Source of the DNA: a virus
DNA length: 62,572 nt
Virus record (IMG/VR): IMGVR_UViG_3300033565_000049
Location: 1 to 62,572 of that record
Strand: one strand, 5' to 3'
The notes below the pieces were generated by a model. It saw only the letters and a list, made by a program, of their open reading frames with translations, made no database searches and had not been told where the DNA came from. The position numbers and the translations under genes were made by a program. The number at the start of each line of letters is the position of its first letter. The stretch's first letter is position 1. Of this stretch, positions 1 to 8,136 are shown one piece after another.

Positions 1-127
1 CGGTTGAATTTGTCGGGGCTTTTCATTTTAGCCACTTCAAACGTGATGTAGGTGATTCCGTTTTTTACGAATGTTGTTTTCAGGGCGTCTTCCATTGGGA
101 TTACTACTTTCACGATGTCGAGATCGT
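1..127. repeat. 127-bp terminal direct repeat, identical to 62446..62572 (circular closure or terminal redundancy)
   Basis: Base-by-base identity of the window start and end, read directly. Confidence 0.95.
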
Positions 128-174
128 TTACCTGAGTTCCTTTACCGATGTAATGTTTTTCGAAAGTTGTCATA
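1..174 (-). CDS. 5' part of a wrap-around CDS (ATG at 174, continues 62572->62316). Small early protein, possible ssDNA-binding protein with an SSB-like acidic tail.
   Basis: Minus-strand ATG at 172-174 gives MTTFEKHYIGKGTQVNDLDIVKVVIPMEDAL..., in frame with ORF 62316..62558 through the terminal repeat. Confidence 0.6.
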
Positions 175-660
175 ACTGAAAAGTTTAAGTTAAAAATGAT
201 ATGCAGGTAACCGGCTACTTGAACCGGAGCAGGCAAAGAGGAACTGGAATACCGGAACGCAATGAGGATATGCCGGGAAAATCCTTGACGGGTAACACTT
301 CTCCGAAGTCAAGGAAGCCACCTTAGCAGATTATTTGGCAAACTAAACCAGGCATGACCTACTTTGAACATTGCCATCGGCAAGGATTAGAAAGGTGATA
401 TCGGCAGCAGTGAGTAATCGGCTGAAAAGAGCCCGGTAATGTTCGAATGCGCAGTAAACCTATAAGTTTATTGTGGCGGAAAATCCACGGCCAACGGACC
501 AACAGCACGACCAGACTAAAAAGCGAACCGGCAGGCATGAACCGGAACAGGGAGGAAGGTAAAAAGGAAGAAAGGCCGGAAGGGGATCGTTTTCCTGACG
601 TCAGGAAAATGGTCGATTGGTTGGTGGGGATATAATAAAAACTGAGTAAACGAACAAAAA
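175..660. other. 486-bp ORF-free region upstream of the wrap-around gene; candidate ori or structured RNA
   Basis: No credible ORF (447..635 is low-complexity). At least 5 copies of (A)ACCGG(A/C) words, a 20-bp palindrome and a CCTTGAC/GTCAAGG hairpin at 284..314. Confidence 0.4.
590..609. repeat. Perfect 20-bp palindrome TTTTCCTGACGTCAGGAAAA
   Basis: Read directly from the sequence. Confidence 0.9.
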
Positions 661-683
661 AGGGGAGCGCTAGCTCCCCCTTT
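655..683 (-). terminator. Intrinsic terminator hairpin (bidirectional shape)
   Basis: GGGGAGC-gcta-GCTCCCC stem flanked by an A-run and a T-run, 2 nt after the stop of 686..1066. Confidence 0.7.
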
Positions 684-685
684 GG

Positions 686-1066
686 TTAAAGATTGATCAG
701 TTCTTCAACATCGCGAACCTTGGTATCTAAGCTCCTTTTCATTTCGTCGATCACCGAGGTAATTACTGCGGAGTTCGAAGTCTTGAACTCATTGCCATTA
801 GCATCTCTCAGACTGATCACAGAGCTCAGTGAATCGGCACCGATCTGGAAGGTCTGCAACTTCCGGCGCGAATCGTTCAGGGTTTTCCACCGGTCGATCA
901 GCATCGACAGATCCTCCACCCGCTGGATACGTTCCTCCAGTGTCAGCTTACGAGCTGCTTCTTCAATCTTCTCTTCCTTAACCACTGTCATAGTTGGAAC
1001 AACTGGACTAACTTCAACAACTTCAGCAACTGTGGCTGTTTTTTCGGCAACATTTGTTTTACCCAT
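686..1066 (-). CDS. hypothetical protein (coiled-coil-rich)
   Basis: 126-aa ORF on the dominant strand; followed by a terminator and preceded by a conserved leader element. Confidence 0.6.
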   Translation of the reverse strand: MGKTNVAEKTATVAEVVEVSPVVPTMTVVKEEKIEEAARKLTLEERIQRVEDLSMLIDRWKTLNDSRRKLQTFQIGADSLSSVISLRDANGNEFKTSNSAVITSVIDEMKRSLDTKVRDVEELINL

Positions 1067-1260
1067 AATAATTTGCCGCTGCCCTGCGGACTTATCTTGG
1101 CATCTGGCTCAGCCGGTTAAAAATAAATTACGGGTAATCACCATTGAGCCGGGCGGATTCTAGTCAAGGGTAGTTCTGTTAAGGCAGGTTAAAACCCCTT
1201 GACTTTTCCGGCAGGCGATCAATACCTTCACCCGAAATTTGAGTATAACTACTTTCTCCT
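1067..1260 (-). repeat. Leader element family B, copy A (GTCAAGGG..CCCTTGAC hairpin plus conserved flanks)
   Basis: About 170 nt alignable to 58124..58295, and core alignable to 14615..14752. Shared blocks: ATTGATCGC.T.CCGGAAAAGTCAAGGGGTTTTAACCTG, CCCTTGAC..GAATCCGC, CAGGGCAG.GG.GCAAA. Confidence 0.7.
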
Positions 1261-1885
1261 TTAAAATCGGTAAGCCATTTTAAAATATACATCTCTACCC
1301 TTTGGGTGCACAGCTGGTAGTCTCTTTTGGTTCTTTTCTCTGGTGCCTTGCGGAAATCTAAGTAGCAAAATCAGAGAAAAGAACTGCGCAAAATTTTTAG
1401 GAGCGCAGCTGGTCCCTGAAAATTCAGACGTTTGAAAAATGGATGGCGCAAGGTTCTTTTTGGTCGCTTTTTCTATGAAGAAAAAGCGTAGAGTAAATCT
1501 TGTGTTTAGAATCTTTCTAAATAATACCGTTTTTCCCATCAAAAAAAAATCAAAAACCTAAAAATCAAGCAATCGGATTCAAAAGGGATATGCAATTCTC
1601 CCTTTTGTCTGTGGAAGACCCCGAACCGCCCTGTTCGCATTTTGTGCGCACAAGGTCAAAAAGGGGTGTAATATGCAGAAAATTGCATATGTTCATTTGA
1701 AGGGGGGTCTCTATCCAAAAGCCCATCGCACGAACGGAGGTAGTGCGATACCTAACTGATGTGAAAGCAAAAAGCAGATGAATGCGTAGCACATTCTCCT
1801 GCTGTGGGAAGCGAGCAATCATTCAGAATTGAATGAAGCCATGAAATGAAAGTATGAATGTTTGTGAGTGAGGGCGATTGTTTAT
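1261..1885. other. ORF-poor, hairpin-dense region downstream of the terminase operon (candidate pac/cos region or large ncRNA)
   Basis: At least 7 consecutive 6-9-bp stem-loops (e.g. 1334-1380, 1384-1408, 1465-1488, 1581-1606, 1671-1690, 1725-1749). The track ORFs here are low-complexity. Confidence 0.4.
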
Positions 1886-2083
1886 TTAATCTATGCCATC
1901 AAACTTCTCACCATTGATTTTACGCAATTGAATAATTATATCATTCAACAATCCAAATAAAAATGCAATCAGAATGGATAGGAAAATTGATTTAATACCC
2001 ATGCCAAATGAAAGTAAAAGAATGTAGACCATGAATGTATAAATGGACTGCACTTTCAAATTGTGTTTCAATCGCTTATTCAT
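1886..2083 (-). CDS. small membrane protein (2 predicted TM helices)
   Basis: 65-aa ORF with hydrophobic stretches YILLLSFGMGI and IFLSILIAFLFGLL; starts 4 nt after the terL stop. Confidence 0.5.
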   Translation of the reverse strand: MNKRLKHNLKVQSIYTFMVYILLLSFGMGIKSIFLSILIAFLFGLLNDIIIQLRKINGEKFDGID

Positions 2084-2087
2084 AATA

Positions 2088-3737
2088 TTATTGATTAAAT
2101 ACTGTTGACATTGGCAATGATGTGATTTGTCGTGGAAAGAAGTTCAGCCCGATAAACAAATCATCCCATGCATCGGTACCATCGGTACGAAGTTCGAGCG
2201 GATCATCTTCAGTCTCGCCAAGTTTCTCACCAGCTTTGTCTTTCTCAAAACCAGTGCGACCCATCCTGATGCCACACATTTCCATTGAAGGAAGCAGTGA
2301 CGTATTGTTTGCCCTATTAAACTTTGGAAAAAGATACTTACGTCCTTTCAGCGCATCGTCGATAACCTGATGCTTTACTTTGTGTGTCCAGGTATTGCCA
2401 ATGTAGACTGGCTCCACATCCCATCCACGTCGGTCAAGTTCTTCACATACGATCTCCTGAAAGTTTGGTGCATCTTCATCCGCATAGGCTCCATCGAGCG
2501 CGGTTGAGTTGTAGTAATAGATTACATGCCTATTTGAGTGATGTTCGTAATAGTCGCACCAATTGCGGCACAACTCTCTTAGCTTTTTATCGAACTTTAC
2601 AAACTTACTCATCAATGTCTTCATTACCGGCTCAACACGCTGACCAGTAACAACCCAGTTGATATTGGCATTGTAGTCAAAGGCAATGGCAAGTGGTACA
2701 GACTTATCGACATCACTATCTTTTAAACAGTTGTCATCGGATATCCTATCAAGATCCAGCGTTCCTTTAACTGTTCTAAGGTTATCGAGGTATGTGACAT
2801 TGTCTGCATCGTAATAGTGTATCTCTGGCTGAAGATTAGGATAGAACCCATCGGTTAGCTTTCTGATCCGCTTATTCATGATCGATGTCTGAAAAATGAC
2901 TGGAGGCAAAATGAGCTTTTGTTTCTTGATATAGTCAACCCCAACGATCTCAAGGTTTTCAATGGTATCGTACTCCTTGTATAGGAATGCGTTTTGTCTC
3001 AGGAAAAACAGTTCATCCCTTAAATGTTGTATCTGTCGGATAGCATTTACAGGCATTTCGGGCATTGCACTGTACTTATCTCTCAGGTAATTAATGTGTG
3101 AAATGGTATCTTCAATGGCTTTGATAAGTTCCGGATCCATTTGTTTTTCCTGATCGAGTACCCATTGGCCTTCTTTACTGGTTGGCATATCAGAAACAAT
3201 GGTTAACCCTTTCCATTTATGGCAGTTTTCAAAGCGTGGATGTGTGCCTGACATGGTCGGAACAACCTCTTCAAACAGTTTTTCCTTATTGATTGATCGC
3301 GCTTCGTCAATTTTACCCCAATCGGTCGTGAGTGAGTTGGCCGAAAACTTAACGTCTTGACTCAGCAGATAAACACAGGTTCCATTGTAAAAATGAATAG
3401 CCTGTCCCCAATCAATTGGCTCTACAGTCGGAAGAGCAAAATTCATAAATTTCGGAGCCTTGCGACCAACAAAATAATGAACGTCGCGTTGGTAACCATA
3501 CCTTTTCAAGAAAGTCATTGTGGCCGGAAGTGTTTTTCCCAACAGTTGTTTGAAATTGCGCTGGTATAGGAATCCAGATGAACCTGGCATATTCTGAACG
3601 TCGTACAACAAATCAGGTCCTTCTATTCCGTCTGATTTACCAAAACGGCGGGAACCAACAATACATTTACTGTTTGGATTTATCTCGTGCACATACATTT
3701 GTGCTTTATTGAAATAGGCTTTTTTACTCGTTTCCAT
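2088..3737 (-). CDS. terL: terminase large subunit
   Basis: Walker A-like GSRRFGKSDG and Walker B-like GKIDEAR. C-terminal nuclease-type acidic motifs (AIAFDYNAN, TDAWDD). 549 aa. Confidence 0.85.
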   Translation of the reverse strand: METSKKAYFNKAQMYVHEINPNSKCIVGSRRFGKSDGIEGPDLLYDVQNMPGSSGFLYQRNFKQLLGKTLPATMTFLKRYGYQRDVHYFVGRKAPKFMNFALPTVEPIDWGQAIHFYNGTCVYLLSQDVKFSANSLTTDWGKIDEARSINKEKLFEEVVPTMSGTHPRFENCHKWKGLTIVSDMPTSKEGQWVLDQEKQMDPELIKAIEDTISHINYLRDKYSAMPEMPVNAIRQIQHLRDELFFLRQNAFLYKEYDTIENLEIVGVDYIKKQKLILPPVIFQTSIMNKRIRKLTDGFYPNLQPEIHYYDADNVTYLDNLRTVKGTLDLDRISDDNCLKDSDVDKSVPLAIAFDYNANINWVVTGQRVEPVMKTLMSKFVKFDKKLRELCRNWCDYYEHHSNRHVIYYYNSTALDGAYADEDAPNFQEIVCEELDRRGWDVEPVYIGNTWTHKVKHQVIDDALKGRKYLFPKFNRANNTSLLPSMEMCGIRMGRTGFEKDKAGEKLGETEDDPLELRTDGTDAWDDLFIGLNFFPRQITSLPMSTVFNQ

Positions 3738-4326
3738 CGTTTACTTCGGTAAATGGTACATCTTCAACGGGTGCAGAGCCATATTTTTTACGGAGTTTAG
3801 CCATAACTTTTTCCAGATCAGCAATTGGTTTACGACCAATGACCGAAACGTCGGTCGATGGTTCCAGATTAAGAGGAATAATATCGGCCCATGGGATTTG
3901 TTCCGAAACATCTTTGTCGAGTTTATTGACTTTTACCAGTGCCTGGCCTGCCCGAATCATTGCTTCAGCTTGTTTTACTTCGAGAACTGATTTTGCATCA
4001 ACGGCCAGTTTGTAGCCTTCACGAATCATGTAGTTTGCCGTATGCCGGTGAAATTCAATGCTTACTCCTTTTACATTTCCGATCAGAAGTTTTATCCGGG
4101 ATAGATCACGGTATGCGGTCGATTTGCTTACTTCCAGAATATCAGTGAGGTAATAAATCATTTCTGAATCGTTCTTTTCAGGATGCGCCAACCAATGGGT
4201 ATAAGCATCACGGTATCGCAGAATCATATCCTGTTCATCCCTGTCAAAATGAACCGGAAGATCATCCTGATCAACGAAAAGGTACTTATTGCATTTTTCC
4301 AGAAAACTATCGGTCTCTTTTTGCAC
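3724..4326 (-). CDS. HTH DNA-binding protein of the packaging module (possible small terminase component)
   Basis: HTH-like VSKSTAYRDLSRIKLL; overlaps the terL start by 14 nt. Confidence 0.55.
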   Translation of the reverse strand: MQKETDSFLEKCNKYLFVDQDDLPVHFDRDEQDMILRYRDAYTHWLAHPEKNDSEMIYYLTDILEVSKSTAYRDLSRIKLLIGNVKGVSIEFHRHTANYMIREGYKLAVDAKSVLEVKQAEAMIRAGQALVKVNKLDKDVSEQIPWADIIPLNLEPSTDVSVIGRKPIADLEKVMAKLRKKYGSAPVEDVPFTEVNDGNE

Positions 4327-4603
4327 GGCGTTCGGCTATTTCTTGTTGGTTTATCATTTGTTTGGCCATTTCTTCGGCCTGTGGACTGCCATGTTTGGCC
4401 ATTTTCACAATATTTGCATGGATATCCTTTTTGCTTTCTGTTTTGCCCCTGAAATACGAGGTCCAGACAGCGCCTTTTTTCCGGCTGATATCATTCATGA
4501 ATTCTGCTTCGTCCAGATCCATCAAAACCGCAATTTCTTCCGGCTCCAGAAATATTCCGGAAAGCGTTTCAATCTCTTTGAGTTGGACTTCAGTTAAATT
4601 CAT
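4307..4603 (-). CDS. small-terminase-like / DNA-packaging HTH protein
   Basis: 98 aa. The pattern YFRGKTESKKDIHANIVKMAKHGSPQ resembles TerS-type N-terminal domains; its position upstream of terL agrees. Confidence 0.5.
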   Translation of the reverse strand: MNLTEVQLKEIETLSGIFLEPEEIAVLMDLDEAEFMNDISRKKGAVWTSYFRGKTESKKDIHANIVKMAKHGSPQAEEMAKQMINQQEIAERRAKRDR

Positions 4604-5096
4604 CGGGAGTTACTTTTAAGCTTTCTGAGTACCAGTTTTCGTAATGAGTCAACATGCTTTGATAATGCCAGGGAACTGAAATAATCACTCCAGCTTCTTT
4701 TTTGTCGTTTATATTCAGGTTAGCGCTGGTGATCACAACCACCTTCCAATTTTCGTTTTCAATAAATGCCGTTTTTGCATGAATGTTGGTCATTCCAATT
4801 TCGTTGATCACATTCGAAGCAAAAAACAACAATCCAAGGCGATATCGTTTAACTGATAAGTCGAATAAACAGGTCATTGAAGTAATCATTCCCGACTCCT
4901 GAAGTCTCAGAAAACTGCGGATAGCTGTTTCTGTGATCGAGAACGAACTGATCCTAACTTTAGCCGGTCCTGTTTGTTCCAGCAAATGGGCGATCAGCTC
5001 ATGAGTCGAAAAATCAGCATCCGAAACGTACGGGAAAATGCTATCTGGATTCAGCTGAATGTTGATTTGCTTTTTCAATGTCTTCAGTATAATCAA
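4590..5096 (-). CDS. PLD-like (HKD-motif) nuclease-family protein
   Basis: HAKTAFIENENWKVVVITSANLN fits HxK(x)4[D/E]...(G/T)SxN. Confidence 0.5.
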   Translation of the reverse strand: MIILKTLKKQINIQLNPDSIFPYVSDADFSTHELIAHLLEQTGPAKVRISSFSITETAIRSFLRLQESGMITSMTCLFDLSVKRYRLGLLFFASNVINEIGMTNIHAKTAFIENENWKVVVITSANLNINDKKEAGVIISVPWHYQSMLTHYENWYSESLKVTPDEFN

Positions 5097-5805
5097 TTCC
5101 CCATGCGGTTAACTCATCCATCCGGTTTTGCAATTCTTCAGGCTTTTTCCCGGTACCGTAATTTCGCTGGATATAGGTTTTATTGGCCTTGATGCGTTTT
5201 ACTTTATCAATGGCATCTTTACCGGCCTGATCAACCAGGCGCTGCTCCACGGTTTTATCCTTATTTTCCTTCCACCATTCATCTATTGAATCCCAACATA
5301 ACCGTATTTCCTTTTTATTTTCAAGCATTTGCGCTGTTAACTCGGCCCGCTTTTCTTTTTTCGAATCATCATGAATCAAAAGCTTCAATTCAGCATGAAG
5401 CGTTTTATTCTGATTCGATAATTCACCTGCAGTACGGTATTTTTCCTGATAAAGTGCCGGTAACTCCTCAAACCGCACAACAGGGTTAGCATCAACAATT
5501 ACACGGGATCCTCCTGTTCCTTCGACATGCTCAGGAGCCGTTATTTTAATCTTGGAAGCTGCGCCCACTGAGCGCGAAGCTGTCGAAGTGGGCTTTACAT
5601 ACAGTTGTGGCCTGATATCATACACTCTGGCATGGTATAGCAACTTATTACGGAGCATGTTGATGTGGATCTTCCCGGGCGTTGTTGTTGTCAAAAAAGC
5701 ATTTGAATCCGAATCAACTGCCAGATTCTTAAAAATTCGTAATCCAACCGCATAATCTTTCATGCCGGTGGCCATATAATCAGCTAATTCTTCCTGTTGT
5801 GTCAT
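5041..5805 (-). CDS. hypothetical protein; its N-terminal domain is paralogous to 5820..6296
   Basis: Start moved to MTQQEELADYMATGMKDY (ATG at 5805). The first ~65 aa align with the neighbouring gene. Confidence 0.6.
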   Translation of the reverse strand: MTQQEELADYMATGMKDYAVGLRIFKNLAVDSDSNAFLTTTTPGKIHINMLRNKLLYHARVYDIRPQLYVKPTSTASRSVGAASKIKITAPEHVEGTGGSRVIVDANPVVRFEELPALYQEKYRTAGELSNQNKTLHAELKLLIHDDSKKEKRAELTAQMLENKKEIRLCWDSIDEWWKENKDKTVEQRLVDQAGKDAIDKVKRIKANKTYIQRNYGTGKKPEELQNRMDELTAWGIDYTEDIEKANQHSAESR

Positions 5806-5819
5806 GATTTTGATAATAA

Positions 5820-6296
5820 TTAAGCGATTCTGAAAAACCAATATTTTACGTATTGATACTGTTCTCTTTTAAATACCTGATAATTTTCACCATCAGATGA
5901 AACCAATACATCTCTTATCCAGGTAAGACACAGCCATCCTTTTTCATCTGTTTTTCTGGGAATCCATGAAAAATAGATCTTATCACAGGAGTAAAATCCG
6001 GGTTGTTTGGTTTCAGAGGTTATTTTTGGTTCACTCACCTGAAGATCTTCATGTTCAGGTAATAATTCAATAGAAGTTTGCATTGTTATAATCCGCCTTG
6101 GTTTGATATTTTTGATTTTGGCGTAATAACTCAGCTTTTGATTAAGCAGATTAACCTGAATTTTAGTTGGAGTTTCAGTTTCAAAGAATGGATTATCACT
6201 TGCATTGATGCCAAGATTTTTAAATAAGGAAACGCCTTGCTGATAATCCTTCATTCCGGTTGCCATATAATCAGCTAATTCTTCATGTTGGGTCAT
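5820..6296 (-). CDS. hypothetical protein; its N-terminal domain is paralogous to 5041..5805
   Basis: MTQHEELADYMATGMKDYQQGVSLFKNL... aligns to the downstream gene. Confidence 0.6.
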   Translation of the reverse strand: MTQHEELADYMATGMKDYQQGVSLFKNLGINASDNPFFETETPTKIQVNLLNQKLSYYAKIKNIKPRRIITMQTSIELLPEHEDLQVSEPKITSETKQPGFYSCDKIYFSWIPRKTDEKGWLCLTWIRDVLVSSDGENYQVFKREQYQYVKYWFFRIA

Positions 6297-6573
6297 ATGT
6301 CTTATCTTTTAACTTGATTTCTATAGATGGAATGCCAGATATTTCAGCTGATGTTTCTTCAGTACAACTGAATTTAATTGCTGCTGTTGATGGAATTATC
6401 GCTACTATGTATATGTAAGTAGGATTATTTGTTGAATAGATTGTAGTCTGTCCAGTTTCTTCATCTCGCTGTAACATCATACCTTTTACTCTAAAAGTTT
6501 GTCCGGTGGCTAAAAAAATGTCATAGATTTTCATTTTTATCCATTTAAATGATTTGTATTTAAACCTCCCCAT
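6283..6573 (-). CDS. hypothetical protein (probable true start at 6534, MKIYDIF)
   Basis: The ORF is 96 aa. The promoter-like site at 6561..6596 lies inside the 5' extension, which favours the internal ATG. Confidence 0.55.
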   Translation of the reverse strand: MGRFKYKSFKWIKMKIYDIFLATGQTFRVKGMMLQRDEETGQTTIYSTNNPTYIYIVAIIPSTAAIKFSCTEETSAEISGIPSIEIKLKDKTYDPT

Positions 6574-6596
6574 TTTGTGCGCACAAAAAAAGGACG
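6561..6596 (-). promoter_or_regulatory. promoter-family member (CGTCCTTTt-N19-GAGGTTTA)
   Basis: Same geometry as the 8 other sites. The spacer contains the palindrome TTTTGTGCGCACAAAA. Confidence 0.5.
6574..6589. repeat. 16-bp palindrome TTTTGTGCGCACAAAA (14/16 copy at 1640..1653)
   Basis: Read directly; candidate operator. Confidence 0.8.
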
Positions 6597-6633
6597 AATT
6601 GAAAAGCCCCGATCACTCAGGGCTTTTCAATTC
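6596..6633 (-). terminator. hairpin terminator after 6669..7499
   Basis: 14-bp stem GAATTGAAAAGCCC / GGGCTTTTCAATTC with a 10-nt loop. Confidence 0.6.
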
Positions 6634-6668
6634 GTTAGACTTCGACAGGCTCAGTCTGATTCTTGGAA

Positions 6669-7499
6669 TCACTTTTCGAATCGCGATGGATCCGGGAACA
6701 GATCCTTAATCAGCTTTTGCAAATCATTGCTCATGCCCGATTCTGCATTGTTCATGTATTTCTTCACCTGCAGCTGGGCTTTAATGTTTGCCCAATTGGG
6801 ATTTGGCCGGTTAATGCAAAATCCCTGGTTATTTTTCAGGTCGAGCGAGTCCCAATAAGGGATCCAGTCGTTAAACCAGTAGTTGTAATAAATTTGGGTG
6901 AGCACAATCGGATCTGTGAGCATCGAGTACTTTTCAATCAGAAATTTTAGTTTACTTTTTTCGAAGCGGTGCGGAATATGCACGCCATAATTCCAGGTGG
7001 TTAAACCTTCCTGCTGCAGCAGCTTCAAAGTGCGAATGTTGTCGCGACCCCAAACAGTTTGAGGCGAAAGCAGCGAAACATTACTTTTCAGGTCGTTCAC
7101 AGCAACCGGTAGACACATGTCTGCATACATCACTTTATTCACCAGGTAAATGTCGTCGTTCATCCAAAAATATTCTTCGCCAATTCCGGGATGATTGATA
7201 ACAGCCAGATGTTTGTGCAAAATATCGATGCGCGGGGTTTCTCCGGAATAGTCAACCGGTATAAAATTCACTTCATCGGTATTAATCCACGCTGGAAGTT
7301 CTCCAACGATCCACAACCTGAATTTTACATCCGTCAAATTCTTTTCGAGTGAGCGGATCGAGTATTTCATTTCTTCCCATTGCACAAACTTTTCAACATT
7401 GGGATAGATGATATCGATTACGCGTTCACCGGTTCGGTATGTCTCCAGCTCATTCCGGAGTAATTTCACTTCATTTTCGAGTTCTAATTTTGTTGCCAT
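6669..7499 (-). CDS. Stealth-like (CR2/CR3) sugar-1-phosphate transferase family protein
   Basis: EEMKYSIRSLEKN...LWIVGELPAWIN...NFIPVD...EEYFWMNDDIYL matches the Stealth CR2 pattern. HIPHRF is CR3-like. Confidence 0.5.
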   Translation of the reverse strand: MATKLELENEVKLLRNELETYRTGERVIDIIYPNVEKFVQWEEMKYSIRSLEKNLTDVKFRLWIVGELPAWINTDEVNFIPVDYSGETPRIDILHKHLAVINHPGIGEEYFWMNDDIYLVNKVMYADMCLPVAVNDLKSNVSLLSPQTVWGRDNIRTLKLLQQEGLTTWNYGVHIPHRFEKSKLKFLIEKYSMLTDPIVLTQIYYNYWFNDWIPYWDSLDLKNNQGFCINRPNPNWANIKAQLQVKKYMNNAESGMSNDLQKLIKDLFPDPSRFEK

Positions 7500-7512
7500 T
7501 TTTGTAGGGTAT

Positions 7513-7544
7513 AAAAAAACCGCTTCAATACTGAAGCGGTTTTC
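7513..7544 (-). terminator. intrinsic terminator
   Basis: ACCGCTTCA-atac-TGAAGCGGT with flanking A and T runs. Confidence 0.7.
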
Positions 7545-7561
7545 GATATTTAAAAGAGTCG

Positions 7562-8113
7562 TTAAACTCCTAAATCCATAGCTGAATCAACGGGGATTAC
7601 TCCTTCGTACACCGGACAAGGTCCGAAACCACTGTCAGAAATAGTGAAGGTTACACCTTTACGGTCGGTAACTGCCTTACCGGTAGTATCGTTCGATTTA
7701 ACTTCAGCAGGAAATGCTGGACTACCTTGTAATCGGTATTTGCCATCGTGTTCCTGGTAAATGAAAAACATTCTCCGGTTCAGGAATTTAAGTGCAGCTC
7801 CAAGCGCCCTTTTCGATGTTGTTGGATAAAACCAGGTAGCTGTCCGTTTAGTGCTTCCACTATCGCGTTCGCCCTGTCCTTCGCCATCCAAACCAGCAGT
7901 TTCAGCTGTTCCGTACATAGGGTACATGGTTTTGCCAGGCTTCAACACAATATCTTCGGTAATTACGATCGATTCCTCAAGGGTTGCAGGGCTTACCGGA
8001 AGTTCGGGAAAAGATTCCCTGATAACATCGGCAATAAAGCCGTAATAACCAATGGTGCGTAAACCGCCCATATTGTTCATGCCTTCCTGAAAATCTAATG
8101 CTTCAAAGTTCAT
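7562..8113 (-). CDS. virion structural protein (unknown role; immediately follows the capsid gene)
   Basis: 183-aa ORF 23 nt after the major capsid gene; followed by a terminator. Confidence 0.55.
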   Translation of the reverse strand: MNFEALDFQEGMNNMGGLRTIGYYGFIADVIRESFPELPVSPATLEESIVITEDIVLKPGKTMYPMYGTAETAGLDGEGQGERDSGSTKRTATWFYPTTSKRALGAALKFLNRRMFFIYQEHDGKYRLQGSPAFPAEVKSNDTTGKAVTDRKGVTFTISDSGFGPCPVYEGVIPVDSAMDLGV

Positions 8114-8136
8114 AGTAGTTCCTCCGATTTTTTAGA

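Noticed and set aside
447-635. 62-aa + strand ORF in the ORF-free region
   Set aside because: It is Arg/Glu/Gly-rich and low-complexity, spans the 20-bp palindrome, and has no start context.
693-1163. 156-aa + strand ORF antisense to 686..1066. The same applies to other long + strand ORFs: 18904..19440, 8401..8877, 13177..13494, 17383..17832, 37493..37903, 53238..53696 and 55260..55667.
   Set aside because: These are shadow ORFs inside better-supported minus-strand genes with recognisable motifs. They have low-complexity composition and no promoter or terminator context.
1261-1822. Minus-strand ORFs 1261..1542 and 1565..1822
   Set aside because: They run through a series of hairpins and A/T runs, have odd composition, and show no coupling to neighbouring genes. 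The region is treated as non-coding.
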